In this document: in pieces, positions 26,821 through 35,556 of the stretch
How the letters are laid out: the number at the start of each line of letters is the position of its first letter
How positions within the stretch are numbered: position 1 is the stretch's first letter
DNA from: Acetobacteraceae bacterium
Lineage (GTDB): Bacteria > Pseudomonadota > Alphaproteobacteria > Acetobacterales > Acetobacteraceae
Assembly (NCBI GenBank): GCA_049591635.1
Contig: JBAWFF010000408.1
Coordinates: 1-51,386 of the forward strand
DNA length: 51,386 nt
Direction of reading: 5' to 3'
The notes under the pieces: generated by a model
What the model saw: the letters and a program-made list of their open reading frames with translations, nothing else
Databases searched by the model: none
What the model was told of the DNA's origin: nothing
Translations under genes and position numbers: made by a program

Positions 26821-27242
26821 CAGGGGTCGATGCGCGCCTCGGCGTAACCGCGCACCACCTCCTTGCCGTCCTGGTTGACGGTCGCGACGTCCAGTTCGAT
26901 CAGCTTCTGGCCGTTCTCCTCCTTCACCCCAGTCACCGTCGCCGTCGCCTCGAGCGTGTCGCCCGGCCAGACCTGGTTGGTGAAGCGCACGCCGAACTTC
27001 GTCAGCCGGCCATCGCCGACATAGTTGGTGAGCATCTTGCCGGTCAGCCCCATTGTCAGCATCCCGTGCGCGAACACGCTGGGATAGCCGGCGATCTGGG
27101 TGGAGTAGGGTTCATCGGAATGCAGCGGGTTGTAGTCGCCCGAGGCGCCCGCGTACATCACCAGTTGAGTACGCGAGAGGTTCTCCGCTACCCGTTCCTT
27201 GTGGGTGTCGCCGACCTTGATCTGGCTTGCCTTGAGGGTCAT
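26820..27242 (-). CDS. MaoC-family (R)-specific enoyl-CoA hydratase/dehydratase, catalytic hot-dog subunit
   Basis: Hydratase motif YAGASGDYNPLHSD. Length is 140 aa. Confidence 0.85.
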   Translation of the reverse strand: MTLKASQIKVGDTHKERVAENLSRTQLVMYAGASGDYNPLHSDEPYSTQIAGYPSVFAHGMLTMGLTGKMLTNYVGDGRLTKFGVRFTNQVWPGDTLEATATVTGVKEENGQKLIELDVATVNQDGKEVVRGYAEARIDP

Positions 27243-27252
27243 CGCCGCCTCC

Positions 27253-27714
27253 TCAACCCTGGTCCACGGGACGCTCGGTGGTCACGCCCACGCTGCGGGC
27301 GATCGCGACCAGCTCGCCTTTCTGATCGCGGTACTCGGCGATCTTCTCGCGGAAGGTCAGCTTGCCGGCGCGCTTGCTTTCCTTCTCCCAGGTCTTGCCG
27401 TCCTTGTATTCGACCGTCAGCACGTCGCCGGCCCGCAGCGGACGGCGGTACTCGAAATGCTGCTCGGCGTGCAGGCCGCCGAGCGACTTCGGTTTGCCCT
27501 CGACGCCCGAGGCCGTCTTGGCGGAGCCGAACCATTTCTCGCTGGGCCTCGGGCGAAGATGGTACTCCGGGTCGAATTGCGCCACCGCTTGCGGGAACGT
27601 CGGCGGGGCGATCGCGCCCTCGCTCCGCTGATACACGGGATTGGGATCGCCGACGGCACGGGCGAACATCATGATGTGGGACGCTTCGACCGGAAAGCGG
27701 ATCGTCTTGGCCAT
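27253..27714 (-). CDS. MaoC N-terminal-like / FAS1-type dehydratase hot-dog protein (non-catalytic partner subunit)
   Basis: ATG 27714 has GGAGGAG upstream. The protein begins MAKTIRFPVEASHIMMFARAVGDPNPVY and is 153 aa, 10 nt upstream of the MaoC gene. The arrangement resembles HadAB-type two-subunit dehydratases. Confidence 0.75.
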   Translation of the reverse strand: MAKTIRFPVEASHIMMFARAVGDPNPVYQRSEGAIAPPTFPQAVAQFDPEYHLRPRPSEKWFGSAKTASGVEGKPKSLGGLHAEQHFEYRRPLRAGDVLTVEYKDGKTWEKESKRAGKLTFREKIAEYRDQKGELVAIARSVGVTTERPVDQG

Positions 27715-27881
27715 CGGTCTCCTCCGTTGCGGGTTGCTGATGGGCGACCATAGCCGCATAGTCCCGAGGTGTCGCGCAAGGCCCCCGCGTGAGGCGCCGC
27801 AGCCCGCGGGCGCTGCGCGCCACGCTCGATGCCGCTTCCATCCCGACATGGACCCGCCGCCCGCTCGCGGGCGACAGCACC

Positions 27882-28556
27882 ATGCTCGCTTTCGCGCAGG
27901 CGCCGGGTTGGCTCGCGCCGGGCCGGCGCGTCTACGCGGTGGGCGACGTGCGTGGCGATCTTGCCGCGCTGCAAGCGATGCACACGGCCATCCGCGGCGA
28001 TCTCGCCGCCCGACCGAGCCCACAGGCCGTGCTGATCCATCTGGGTGACGTGATCGGCGCCGATACGCGGAGTGTCGGGGTTCTCGCGTTACTCGCCGCG
28101 CCGGCGCCGGGTCCGCGGATCATTACCCTGCGCGGGGATCACGAGCAGATGTTGCTCGGCGCGCTCGACGGCGGCGCCGCGGAGGCCACCGACTGGTGGC
28201 ACGAAACCGGCGTCCCCGTCCCCCGGGATCTGCCCGCGCCCCATATCGCGTTCCTGCGTGGGCTGCCCAACTTCCACCGCGAGGGGGGCTATTTCTTCGC
28301 CCATGCCGGCATCCGTCCGGGCACGCCGCTGTCGCGTCAATCGGCGGTGGATTTGCGCGGCATCCGCCAGGTGTTCCTATCCTCGGAGCAGTCCTTCGGC
28401 GCCGTCATCGTGCATGGCCACAGCGTCGTGCCGAGCCCCGTCGTGCTGCCCAACCGCATCGCGATCGATACCGGCTCGGGGCTGGGCGGGCGCTTGACGT
28501 GTGCGGTGCTGGAAGAGGATCGGATCGCCTTTCTCTCGCCCGGATTTGCGCCGTGA
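27882..28556 (+). CDS. Metallophosphoesterase (PrpA/lambda-phosphatase/ApaH-like Ser/Thr phosphatase family) with atypical motifs
   Basis: Ordered motifs are VYAVGDVRGD, HLGDVIGAD, LRGDHEQ, FFAHAGI and VIVHGHS. The start is taken as ATG 27882; the upstream in-frame GTG at 27789 is less likely. Confidence 0.75.
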   Translation: MLAFAQAPGWLAPGRRVYAVGDVRGDLAALQAMHTAIRGDLAARPSPQAVLIHLGDVIGADTRSVGVLALLAAPAPGPRIITLRGDHEQMLLGALDGGAAEATDWWHETGVPVPRDLPAPHIAFLRGLPNFHREGGYFFAHAGIRPGTPLSRQSAVDLRGIRQVFLSSEQSFGAVIVHGHSVVPSPVVLPNRIAIDTGSGLGGRLTCAVLEEDRIAFLSPGFAP

Positions 28557-28564
28557 GCGGCGGC

Positions 28565-28999
28565 TCAACTACCGGCGTGGGCGGCGCGAAGCCGCTCACG
28601 CACCGCCTGGGCGATGTAACCCGATCGCGAGGTGCCCTCGGCCGCCGCCGCCGCATCCAATCGGGAAAGCAGCCCCTCATCGAGCGTGATGTTGGCGCGA
28701 ATCGCACGCCCGGGCATCTCGACCGGCACCAGCACGCGCGCCACGATCGCGCCGGGCACATCGGCGAGCCACTCGGGCAGGCGCCCGTCGGGCGAACCGG
28801 TGGGCGGGATGGGCAACCCATCCTCGACCATGCCCTCGATGTGCAGCGACAGGGCTTCGGCCGCGTTCGTCGCGGCAAGCCGTACGCTGTCGCCGCCGCT
28901 GACGCAGCCGGGCATGTCGGGAAAGACCACGCCGTAGCCGTCGCTCGGGCCATCGCCCTCCGCCTGTTCGATCAGGGCTGGGTAGAACTGCAATGGCAT
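28565..28999 (-). CDS. hicB: HicB-family type II antitoxin with C-terminal ribbon-helix-helix domain
   Basis: N-terminal YPALIEQAEGDGPSDGYGVVFPDMPGCVSGGDSVRLAATNAAEALSLHIE is the HicB RNase-H-like fold pattern. The C-terminal ANITLDEGLLSRLDAAA...SRSGYIAQAVRERL is an RHH. It starts 4 nt after the hicA stop. Confidence 0.85.
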   Translation of the reverse strand: MPLQFYPALIEQAEGDGPSDGYGVVFPDMPGCVSGGDSVRLAATNAAEALSLHIEGMVEDGLPIPPTGSPDGRLPEWLADVPGAIVARVLVPVEMPGRAIRANITLDEGLLSRLDAAAAAEGTSRSGYIAQAVRERLRAAHAGS

Positions 29000-29002
29000 C
29001 GC

Positions 29003-29200
29003 TTAGTCCTTTCGCAGCTTGAGCGACGCCTGCCGCTCGATCGAGGCTATGTCTCGCGGAGTCAGATCGCGCCCGCCATGCACCGCAACGGTGACAAGCC
29101 CGGGCTTGACCGGATGGCGGAACTACCGATGCGAGCCTTTCGATCGCGCCTGCACCCATCCGTCAGCTTCGAGAGTCCTGATCACCTCACGGGCGTTCAT
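29003..29200 (-). pseudogene. hicA: hicA mRNA-interferase toxin gene interrupted by an in-frame TAG
   Basis: The minus-strand translation is MNAREVIRTLEADGWVQARSKGSHR*FRHPVKPGLVTVAVHGGRDLTPRDIASIERQASLKLRKD. The TAG at 29125-29123 replaces the residue after GSH(R) where HicA proteins normally continue with Q/K-F-xHP. An alternative ATG lies at 29206. Confidence 0.8.
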
Positions 29201-29298
29201 GCGCATAGGATGGGCACGAACCCTCGGGCCATCAAGCGTACAGTTGATTCCGGATACGCCTTAGCCGTTCCATCGTTCAGCATGAAGGAAGCGCCCGC

Positions 29299-30474
29299 AT
29301 GAGCACGCATTCCCTCCCGATCGCGCGGCCCGAGGAGGCCGGGTTGTCCCTCGACGGCCTCGCGCGGCTCCGCGCGGCGCTGAACAGCCGCATCGAAAAG
29401 GGCCACATCCCTGGCGCCGTCGCGGCGATCGCGCGGAACGGGCGGCTGGTCTTCCACGAGGCGTTCGGCGCCCGTGATCCAGTGGCCCGCGATCCGATGC
29501 CCCGGGACGCGATCTTTCGCATCTACTCGATGACCAAGGCGATCGTCTCGGTCGCGGCGATGATGCTGTGGGAGGAGGGCCGCTTCCTGCTGAGCGACCC
29601 GATCTCGCGCTTCATCCCCGCGTTCGCCGCCTCGAAGGTGCTGACCGGCACCGACCGCGTGGCGGCGGAGCGGGAAATCACGATCCAGGACCTGCTGCGC
29701 CATACGTCCGGCCTCACCTACGAGTTCCGTGGCAGCAGCCCGGTGCATCGCGCGTACATGGACGCGAAGATCTATCGACGAAGCCAAACCAACGAGGATC
29801 AGGCGGCGATGCTTGCCTCGCTACCGCTGATCGACCATCCGGGCGCGCGCTGGGAATACAGCCGCTCGACCGACGTGCTGGGACGGCTGGTGGAAGTCGT
29901 CTCGGGCGAAAGCCTGGGCGCGGTGCTGAAGACCCGCATTCTCGATCCGCTCGGCATGGAGGACAGTGGGTTCTTCGTCCCCGAAGCCGATCACGCGCGT
30001 CTGGCGGGTGGCTTTGCCAAGGACCCGGAGAGCGGGGCGGACGTGCCACTGCTGGAGGTGCGCGAGAAACCGCAATTCGAGTCTGGCGGCGGCGGCATGG
30101 TCGCCACCGCGCTCGACTATGTGCGCTTCACCCAGATGCTTCTCGACAACGGCGAAGCCGGTCGCGCACGTCTCCTCGGGCGCAAGACGGTTGAGCTGAT
30201 GGCGTCGGACCACTTGGGCGCGATCAAGGGCAACCCCGACCTGTTGCCGCCGGGGCATGGCTTCGGGCTCGGCTTCGCCGTGCGCCTCGCACCCGGCATG
30301 GCGCCGTTCCCCGGCTCGGTGGGTTCTTACTTCTGGGGTGGAGCGGCGGGAACGACGTTCTGGATCGACCCGAAGGAGCGTCTGACCGCGGTGCTGATGA
30401 TCCAGGCCCCCGGCCAGAGGGAGCACTATCGGGTGCTGTTTCGCGACATGGTGTACGCCGCGATCGCGGATTAA
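29299..30474 (+). CDS. Serine hydrolase, beta-lactamase/esterase (class C / EstB-like) family
   Basis: SxxK nucleophile motif in FRIYSMTKAIVSVAAMML. It also has a YSRS (YxN-like) region and the typical C-terminal WGGAAGTTFWIDP. Confidence 0.85.
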   Translation: MSTHSLPIARPEEAGLSLDGLARLRAALNSRIEKGHIPGAVAAIARNGRLVFHEAFGARDPVARDPMPRDAIFRIYSMTKAIVSVAAMMLWEEGRFLLSDPISRFIPAFAASKVLTGTDRVAAEREITIQDLLRHTSGLTYEFRGSSPVHRAYMDAKIYRRSQTNEDQAAMLASLPLIDHPGARWEYSRSTDVLGRLVEVVSGESLGAVLKTRILDPLGMEDSGFFVPEADHARLAGGFAKDPESGADVPLLEVREKPQFESGGGGMVATALDYVRFTQMLLDNGEAGRARLLGRKTVELMASDHLGAIKGNPDLLPPGHGFGLGFAVRLAPGMAPFPGSVGSYFWGGAAGTTFWIDPKERLTAVLMIQAPGQREHYRVLFRDMVYAAIAD

Positions 30475-30782
30475 AGCGCGCCGAGCACCGCTGCCCGCAC
30501 CTCGGGCGGCTGACCCTCCAGCGCGCCGGCGATCCGGCGCAGCGCACCGCGCAAGTCATAGACCTGGTCGAGCAGCGACAGCACCACGGGCATCGCGTCC
30601 TCGCTGAGCGCCATGTCGTGACGCAACTCGCGGATCAGGCGCACCCGGGCGACGTCGATCTCGCGAAATTCCCACAGCGTACCGTCCGCATCGGGCTGCA
30701 CCCAACCGCGTTCCACCCAGCTGATCAGCTCCGTTGGCTGAAGATCGCCAAGGAGCGCGATGACTGCTTCCGTCCGCATCAC
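30471..30782 (-). CDS. cbpM: Chaperone modulatory protein CbpM (MerR-like fold)
   Basis: 103 aa. The start (GTG 30782 or ATG 30779) overlaps the cbpA stop. The pattern LISWVERGWVQP...EFREIDVARVRLIRELRHDMALSEDAMPVVLSLLDQV matches CbpM architecture. Confidence 0.75.
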   Translation of the reverse strand: MMRTEAVIALLGDLQPTELISWVERGWVQPDADGTLWEFREIDVARVRLIRELRHDMALSEDAMPVVLSLLDQVYDLRGALRRIAGALEGQPPEVRAAVLGAL

Positions 30783-31681
30783 TCCACCTCCAGCTCCGCC
30801 CGCGGATCGACCGCATGGCGGGGTTCCCAGGTCTTCATGAACGCCGCCAGTTCGGGCTCCTCGCCCGGCGGCAGCACGACCCGCAGGACCACGTATTGAT
30901 GGCCGCCGTTCACGCCGCGCCCGCGTAGCCGGAGCCGCGTGCCGGTGCCGGAGCCGGGGGGAATGGTCAAGCGGACCTTGCCCTTGATCGTCGGCACCTC
31001 CAATGCGGCGCCTAACACCGCCTCGCGCACTGTGATCGGCAGGTCTAGCACGACGTCGTTGCTGTCGCGGCGGAAGAACGGGTGCGGTACGACCGTCACT
31101 TCAACCAGTGCATCCCCCGCGGGCGCGTCGCCCTGTCCCGGATAGCCCTGGCCCTTCAGGCGCAGGATGTGGCCGTCATGCACGCCAGGCGGGATGTGCA
31201 CATCAAGGGTCCGTCCGTCCGGCGGGGTCACGCGCCGGGTGGTGCCGTTGGTGGCATCAAGGAAGCCGATGGTCAGCGTGTATTGCGCGTCGGCGCCGCG
31301 CATGGCGAACCCCCGGCCACGCGCGCCGCCGCGCGCGAACGCCGCGCCCAGGATATCCTCCAGGTCAGCCGGATCGAATTCCTGGCCGGAGGCGCGGTAT
31401 TTCTGCCTTCCCGGTGCGTCCGCGTAGTCGCGCCAACTCGGCTGGCGTGGCGTCTCGTTGCCCTGCGCGTCGATCTCGCCGCGGTCGAAGCGGGCGCGCT
31501 TGTCGCTATCCGATAGGATGTCGTTGGCGGCGTTGATCTGCTTGAATCGCTCGGCGGCCTCAGGCTTGCCGGGATTGAGGTCCGGATGGAACCGCTTGGC
31601 GAGCTTGCGGTAGGCAGCCCGGATCGCGGTCTCGTCGGCGTCGCGCTTGACGCCGAGTGTCTCGTAGGGGTCGGTCGCCAT
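30779..31681 (-). CDS. cbpA: Curved-DNA-binding DnaJ-like co-chaperone CbpA
   Basis: J-domain DPYETLGVKRDADETAIRAAYRKLAKRFHPDLNPG with the HPD motif. There is no zinc-finger region, the C-terminal substrate-binding domains are DnaJ-like, and cbpM lies downstream. Confidence 0.9.
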   Translation of the reverse strand: MATDPYETLGVKRDADETAIRAAYRKLAKRFHPDLNPGKPEAAERFKQINAANDILSDSDKRARFDRGEIDAQGNETPRQPSWRDYADAPGRQKYRASGQEFDPADLEDILGAAFARGGARGRGFAMRGADAQYTLTIGFLDATNGTTRRVTPPDGRTLDVHIPPGVHDGHILRLKGQGYPGQGDAPAGDALVEVTVVPHPFFRRDSNDVVLDLPITVREAVLGAALEVPTIKGKVRLTIPPGSGTGTRLRLRGRGVNGGHQYVVLRVVLPPGEEPELAAFMKTWEPRHAVDPRAELEVE

Positions 31682-31684
31682 GCG

Positions 31685-32479
31685 TCAGGTGCCGGTCCAG
31701 ACCGGTTGGCGCTTATTCAGGAAGGCGTCGATCCCCTCGGCGGCGTCGGCGGCCAGCATGTTGCGAACCATCACCTCCGAGGTATGTCGGTAGGCGTCGG
31801 CGAGACCCATATCCGCCTGGGCATAGAACGCCTCCTTGCCGATGGCGAGCGTGAGGGGGCTCTTCGCGGCGATCCCCTCGGCCAGTTCCCCCGTGGCTTC
31901 GTCCAACCCGGCCAGCGGTACGACCCGGTTCACCAGCCCGATCTCGCGCGCGCGCGGCGCGTCGATCAGCGCGCCCGTCAGCAGCATCTCCATTGCCATC
32001 TTGCGACCGACGGCGCGGGTCAGCGCGACCATCGGCGTGGAGCAAAAGAGGCCGATGTTGACCCCCGGTGTCGCGAAGCGCGCGTCATCGGCGGCGACGG
32101 CGAGATCGCAGGTCGCGACCAGCTGGCAGCCGGCGGCGGTGGCGATGCCGTGGACGCGGGCGATGACCGGCTTGGGCAAGCGCACGATCGAGAGCATCAG
32201 GCGCGAGCAGGCGGCGAACGTAGCCTCATACGCGGCGCGCCCGGGCTGCGCGCGCATCTCCCTCAAATCGTGTCCTGAGCAGAACGCCGGCCCGGCGCCC
32301 CCGATCACCACCACCTTCACCGTCGGTTCCGTGGCGATTCGGGCCAGCTCCGCGTGCAGCGCGTCCATCAGCCCCATCGACAGCGCGTTGCGCGCTTGCG
32401 GGCGATTGAGGGTGAGCCACGCGACCCCGTTCCGATCGGCGCGGAGCAGGACAGCGTCGGTGGCGGATTGCGCGGTCAT
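31685..32479 (-). CDS. Enoyl-CoA hydratase/isomerase (crotonase) family protein
   Basis: LNRPQARNALS and the oxyanion motif GAGPAFCSGHDL. GGAGG RBS upstream. Confidence 0.9.
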   Translation of the reverse strand: MTAQSATDAVLLRADRNGVAWLTLNRPQARNALSMGLMDALHAELARIATEPTVKVVVIGGAGPAFCSGHDLREMRAQPGRAAYEATFAACSRLMLSIVRLPKPVIARVHGIATAAGCQLVATCDLAVAADDARFATPGVNIGLFCSTPMVALTRAVGRKMAMEMLLTGALIDAPRAREIGLVNRVVPLAGLDEATGELAEGIAAKSPLTLAIGKEAFYAQADMGLADAYRHTSEVMVRNMLAADAAEGIDAFLNKRQPVWTGT

Positions 32480-32672
32480 ACGGGATGCCTCCAGATGCAG
32501 GTCCCAATCTAGGGGCGTTCGGGCGTGCTCGGAAGGACGGCCAGGATCGCGCCGGCCGCCGGTGCCGGTTTTCAGACCAGGAATCGAAGCCGCCTGCTAA
32601 AGTTCAATGGCCGATGCCGCAGCGGTCGAATGGTCCTGGCCTGTCGCCGGCATCACCCTGAAATCCGAAAGC

Positions 32673-32712
32673 GCCGACGGGTTGCAGCCTGCCGCCGTCG
32701 GCATATCTTTTT
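32673..32712 (+). terminator. Rho-independent terminator with no upstream plus-strand CDS (possible 3' end of an sRNA)
   Basis: An 8-bp G+C stem, GCCGACGG (32673-80) paired with CCGTCGGC (32695-702), is followed by ATATCTTTTT. The U-tract exists only in the plus orientation. The nearest upstream gene is on the minus strand. Confidence 0.5.
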
Positions 32713-32842
32713 CCCGCGGTGACGAAAAAGACACGCTGGCCGGCGACCAGTGTCCGGGGCGGCCGCTCCGGGGGAACCGTTTCGGCCGCCCCATCGTTTC
32801 AATGTTTCGGTTGACCGGTGCCACCCCGTCAGGAGAGCCAGC

Positions 32843-33727
32843 TTGTCCACTAATGTCGAACGTTACGCGGACCCGCGCCTCGCGAGGAACCGCACCCACC
32901 GCCGGGTCTCCTGGCCGGCCCTCTTCGCTGGGGTGTTCCTGGTGCTCGCCATCGAAATCCTGCTCGATACTCTGGGGCTCGGGGTCGGACTGGGCCTCAT
33001 CACGCGCAATGAGAGTGCCGCGAGCGGGGTCGGCAACTACGGCATGGGGGCGGGTATCTGGTGGCTGGTCAGCGCCCTGATCGCCCTGTTCATCGGGGGC
33101 TATGCCGCCGCCCGGCTCGCCGGCGTGGAGCGGCGCTACGACGGAATGCTGCATGGCCTCGTGGTCTGGGCGATCACCGCGCTGGTGACGATCTGGCTGC
33201 TCGGTACCGCCGTCGGCGGCTTGATCGGGGGCGCCTTCTCGGTCGTCGGGCATACGATTTCCACGGCCGCCTCCGGGATCACCGCGGAAGCGCCGAAGAT
33301 CGCGCAGGCCGCCGGCGTAAGCCCGTCGGATTTCCAGGATCAGGCGAAGGCCTACCTCCAGCCGGCCAACCCCGATCTCTCCACCATGAGCCCGCAGGAC
33401 GCGCAGAAGGAGATTGCCCGCTCCGTCGCGACCTATGTCGGCGGCGGTAAGGACGCCCCCGCCGCCCGCCAACGGATCATCGCGATCATGGCCGCCCAGA
33501 TGAAGCTCACGCCGGAGGAGGCGACGAAGCGGTTCGATGACACCGAGGCTAAGCTCAAGCAAACCCGGGATGAGGCCGTGCAGACCGCCAAGCGGGCGGC
33601 CGACGCGAGTGCCCGGGCCGCATCCGATGGAGCTTACATGGCGTTCGCGGTGCTTCTGCTCGGCGCGATCTGTGCCGGTCTCGGCGGCGCGATCGCCCGG
33701 CCGAACTGGATCGCGACGACGCTGTGA
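32843..33727 (+). CDS. Hypothetical multi-pass membrane protein
   Basis: TTG 32843 has AGGAGA 6 nt upstream. Gly-rich TM helices (GAGIWWLVSALIALFIGGYAAARL, VVWAITALVTIWLLGTAVGGLIGGAF) are followed by a soluble charged helical region and a C-terminal TM helix. The start could also be GTG 32750. Confidence 0.6.
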   Translation: MSTNVERYADPRLARNRTHRRVSWPALFAGVFLVLAIEILLDTLGLGVGLGLITRNESAASGVGNYGMGAGIWWLVSALIALFIGGYAAARLAGVERRYDGMLHGLVVWAITALVTIWLLGTAVGGLIGGAFSVVGHTISTAASGITAEAPKIAQAAGVSPSDFQDQAKAYLQPANPDLSTMSPQDAQKEIARSVATYVGGGKDAPAARQRIIAIMAAQMKLTPEEATKRFDDTEAKLKQTRDEAVQTAKRAADASARAASDGAYMAFAVLLLGAICAGLGGAIARPNWIATTL

Positions 33728-33772
33728 CGACGGCGGTTGGCGACTCGTGGACGCCCTTGGTAGCGTCCGCGT

Positions 33773-34396
33773 GTGCCGACCTTCAGATTGGAACGACAGG
33801 CGGGCGGCCTCGTAGCCGGGGTTGATGAGGTCGGGCGCGGCCCGCTTGCCGGCCCGGTGCTGGCAGCCGCCGTCATCTTCCCGGCGGGTGTTCCGCGACG
33901 CCTCGCCCTGCTGATCGACGACTCCAAACGCCTTACTCCCGAGCAGCGGTTGGTCGCCTTCGCCGCCATCCGCGCCTCGGGCCGGGCCGAGATCGGTGTC
34001 GGCGCCGCATCGGTGGCGGAGATCGAGCGGCTGAATATCCTCCATGCCGCGCTGCTGGCGATGTGTCGGGCGGTGGCGCGGCTGCCGCGCCACCCCGACC
34101 TCGCGCTCGTGGACGGCAACCAGCCGCCGGGCCTGCCCTGCGCGGTGCGCTGCGTGGTCGGCGGCGACGGGCTCTCGCTATCGATCGCCGCGGCCTCGAT
34201 CGTCGCCAAGGTGCTGCGCGACCGCGCGATGACCCGGCTCTCGGTCCGGTTCCCGGGCTACGGCTGGGCGGAGAATGCGGGATACGGCACGCCGGAACAC
34301 CGGGCCGCGCTGCGTCGGCTTGGCCCCACCGCCCACCACCGTCCGGCCTTCGGCGAGGTGCGGCGGATGGCGCTCGATCTCGCAACCGCCGATTGA
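33773..34396 (+). CDS. rnhB: Ribonuclease HII
   Basis: [15 protein letters not shown] (catalytic DE), [11 protein letters not shown] and [14 protein letters not shown]. Confidence 0.95.
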   Translation: MPTFRLERQAGGLVAGVDEVGRGPLAGPVLAAAVIFPAGVPRRLALLIDDSKRLTPEQRLVAFAAIRASGRAEIGVGAASVAEIERLNILHAALLAMCRAVARLPRHPDLALVDGNQPPGLPCAVRCVVGGDGLSLSIAAASIVAKVLRDRAMTRLSVRFPGYGWAENAGYGTPEHRAALRRLGPTAHHRPAFGEVRRMALDLATAD

Positions 34397-34450
34397 CGCG
34401 GCGCCGACGGCCGGCTCACGATAGCGCTATGCCGAGACCACCGGAGAGAC

Positions 34451-35536
34451 GTGGAAATCGTCCGTGAACTGCCGCTCGACCAGGTGCTGCTCGGCGATTG
34501 CATTACGCACCTGCGGATGCTGCCGTCGGCCTCGGTTCATTGCGTCTTCGCCGATCCGCCATATAACCTCCAGCTTCGCGGGGAACTGCGCCGGCCCGAC
34601 GACAGTCTCGTCGACGGGGTCGATGAGGATTGGGACCGGTTCATCGACTTCCCCGCCTATGATGCGTTCACCCGCGAATGGTTGAGCGAATGCCGGCGTG
34701 TCCTGCGCAAGGACGGTACGCTGTGGGTGATCGGCGCGTATCACAACATCTTCCGCATCGGCGCGGCGTTGCAGGACCTCGGCTTCTGGCTGCTGAACGA
34801 TGTCGTGTGGCGCAAGGCGAACCCGATGCCGAACTTTCGCGGTCGGCGCTTCACCAACGCCCATGAGACGCTGATCTGGGCGGCAAGGCAGCGCGATTCG
34901 CGGCACCGTTTCAACTACCAGGCGATGAAGGCGCTGAACGACGACCAGCAGATGCGCAGCGACTGGTTCTTGCCGCTCTGCACCGGCCCGGAGCGGCTGC
35001 GCAACCAGCACGGCCTGAAGTTGCATCCGACGCAGAAACCCGAGGCGCTGCTGCATCGCGTGCTGCTGGCATCGACGTCGCCGGGCGACATCGTGCTCGA
35101 CCCGTTCCTCGGCACCGGCACGACGGCGGCGGTCGCCAAGCGCCTGCATCGCCACTTCATCGGCATCGAGCGTCATCCGGCCTATGTGGAAGCGGCGCTC
35201 GGACGCATACGGCGCACCCGCGCCGCCCCGGACGATGGGGTGACGACCGCGCCGACCAAGCGGGAGGCACCGCGCATTCCGTTCGGCAGCCTGGTCGAAC
35301 GCGGGATCGTCACGCCCGGCACCCGCCTGACCGATCGGCAGAAGAAAGTGAGCGCGACGGTCGCCCCGGATGGCTCGGTGGTCGCCGCGGGCGTGCGCGG
35401 GTCCATCCATCAGGTGGGAGCGGCGGTGCAGAACGCGCCCTCATGCAATGGCTGGACGTTCTGGCACATCGAACGCAACGGCGCGCTGCTACCGATCGAC
35501 CGGTTGAGGGCGGAGCTTGCGGCGGCGCCGCCGTAG
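34451..35536 (+). CDS. ccrM: Site-specific DNA adenine methyltransferase, CcrM type (beta-class N6-MTase, GANTC specificity expected)
   Basis: FADPPYNL (motif IV) precedes VLDPFLGTGTTAAVA (motif I), which is the beta-class order. The C-terminal extension of about 90 aa is typical of CcrM. The gene follows rnhB. Confidence 0.9.
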   Translation: MEIVRELPLDQVLLGDCITHLRMLPSASVHCVFADPPYNLQLRGELRRPDDSLVDGVDEDWDRFIDFPAYDAFTREWLSECRRVLRKDGTLWVIGAYHNIFRIGAALQDLGFWLLNDVVWRKANPMPNFRGRRFTNAHETLIWAARQRDSRHRFNYQAMKALNDDQQMRSDWFLPLCTGPERLRNQHGLKLHPTQKPEALLHRVLLASTSPGDIVLDPFLGTGTTAAVAKRLHRHFIGIERHPAYVEAALGRIRRTRAAPDDGVTTAPTKREAPRIPFGSLVERGIVTPGTRLTDRQKKVSATVAPDGSVVAAGVRGSIHQVGAAVQNAPSCNGWTFWHIERNGALLPIDRLRAELAAAPP

Positions 35537-35556
35537 AGCGCCGCCGCCGCCCGGTG

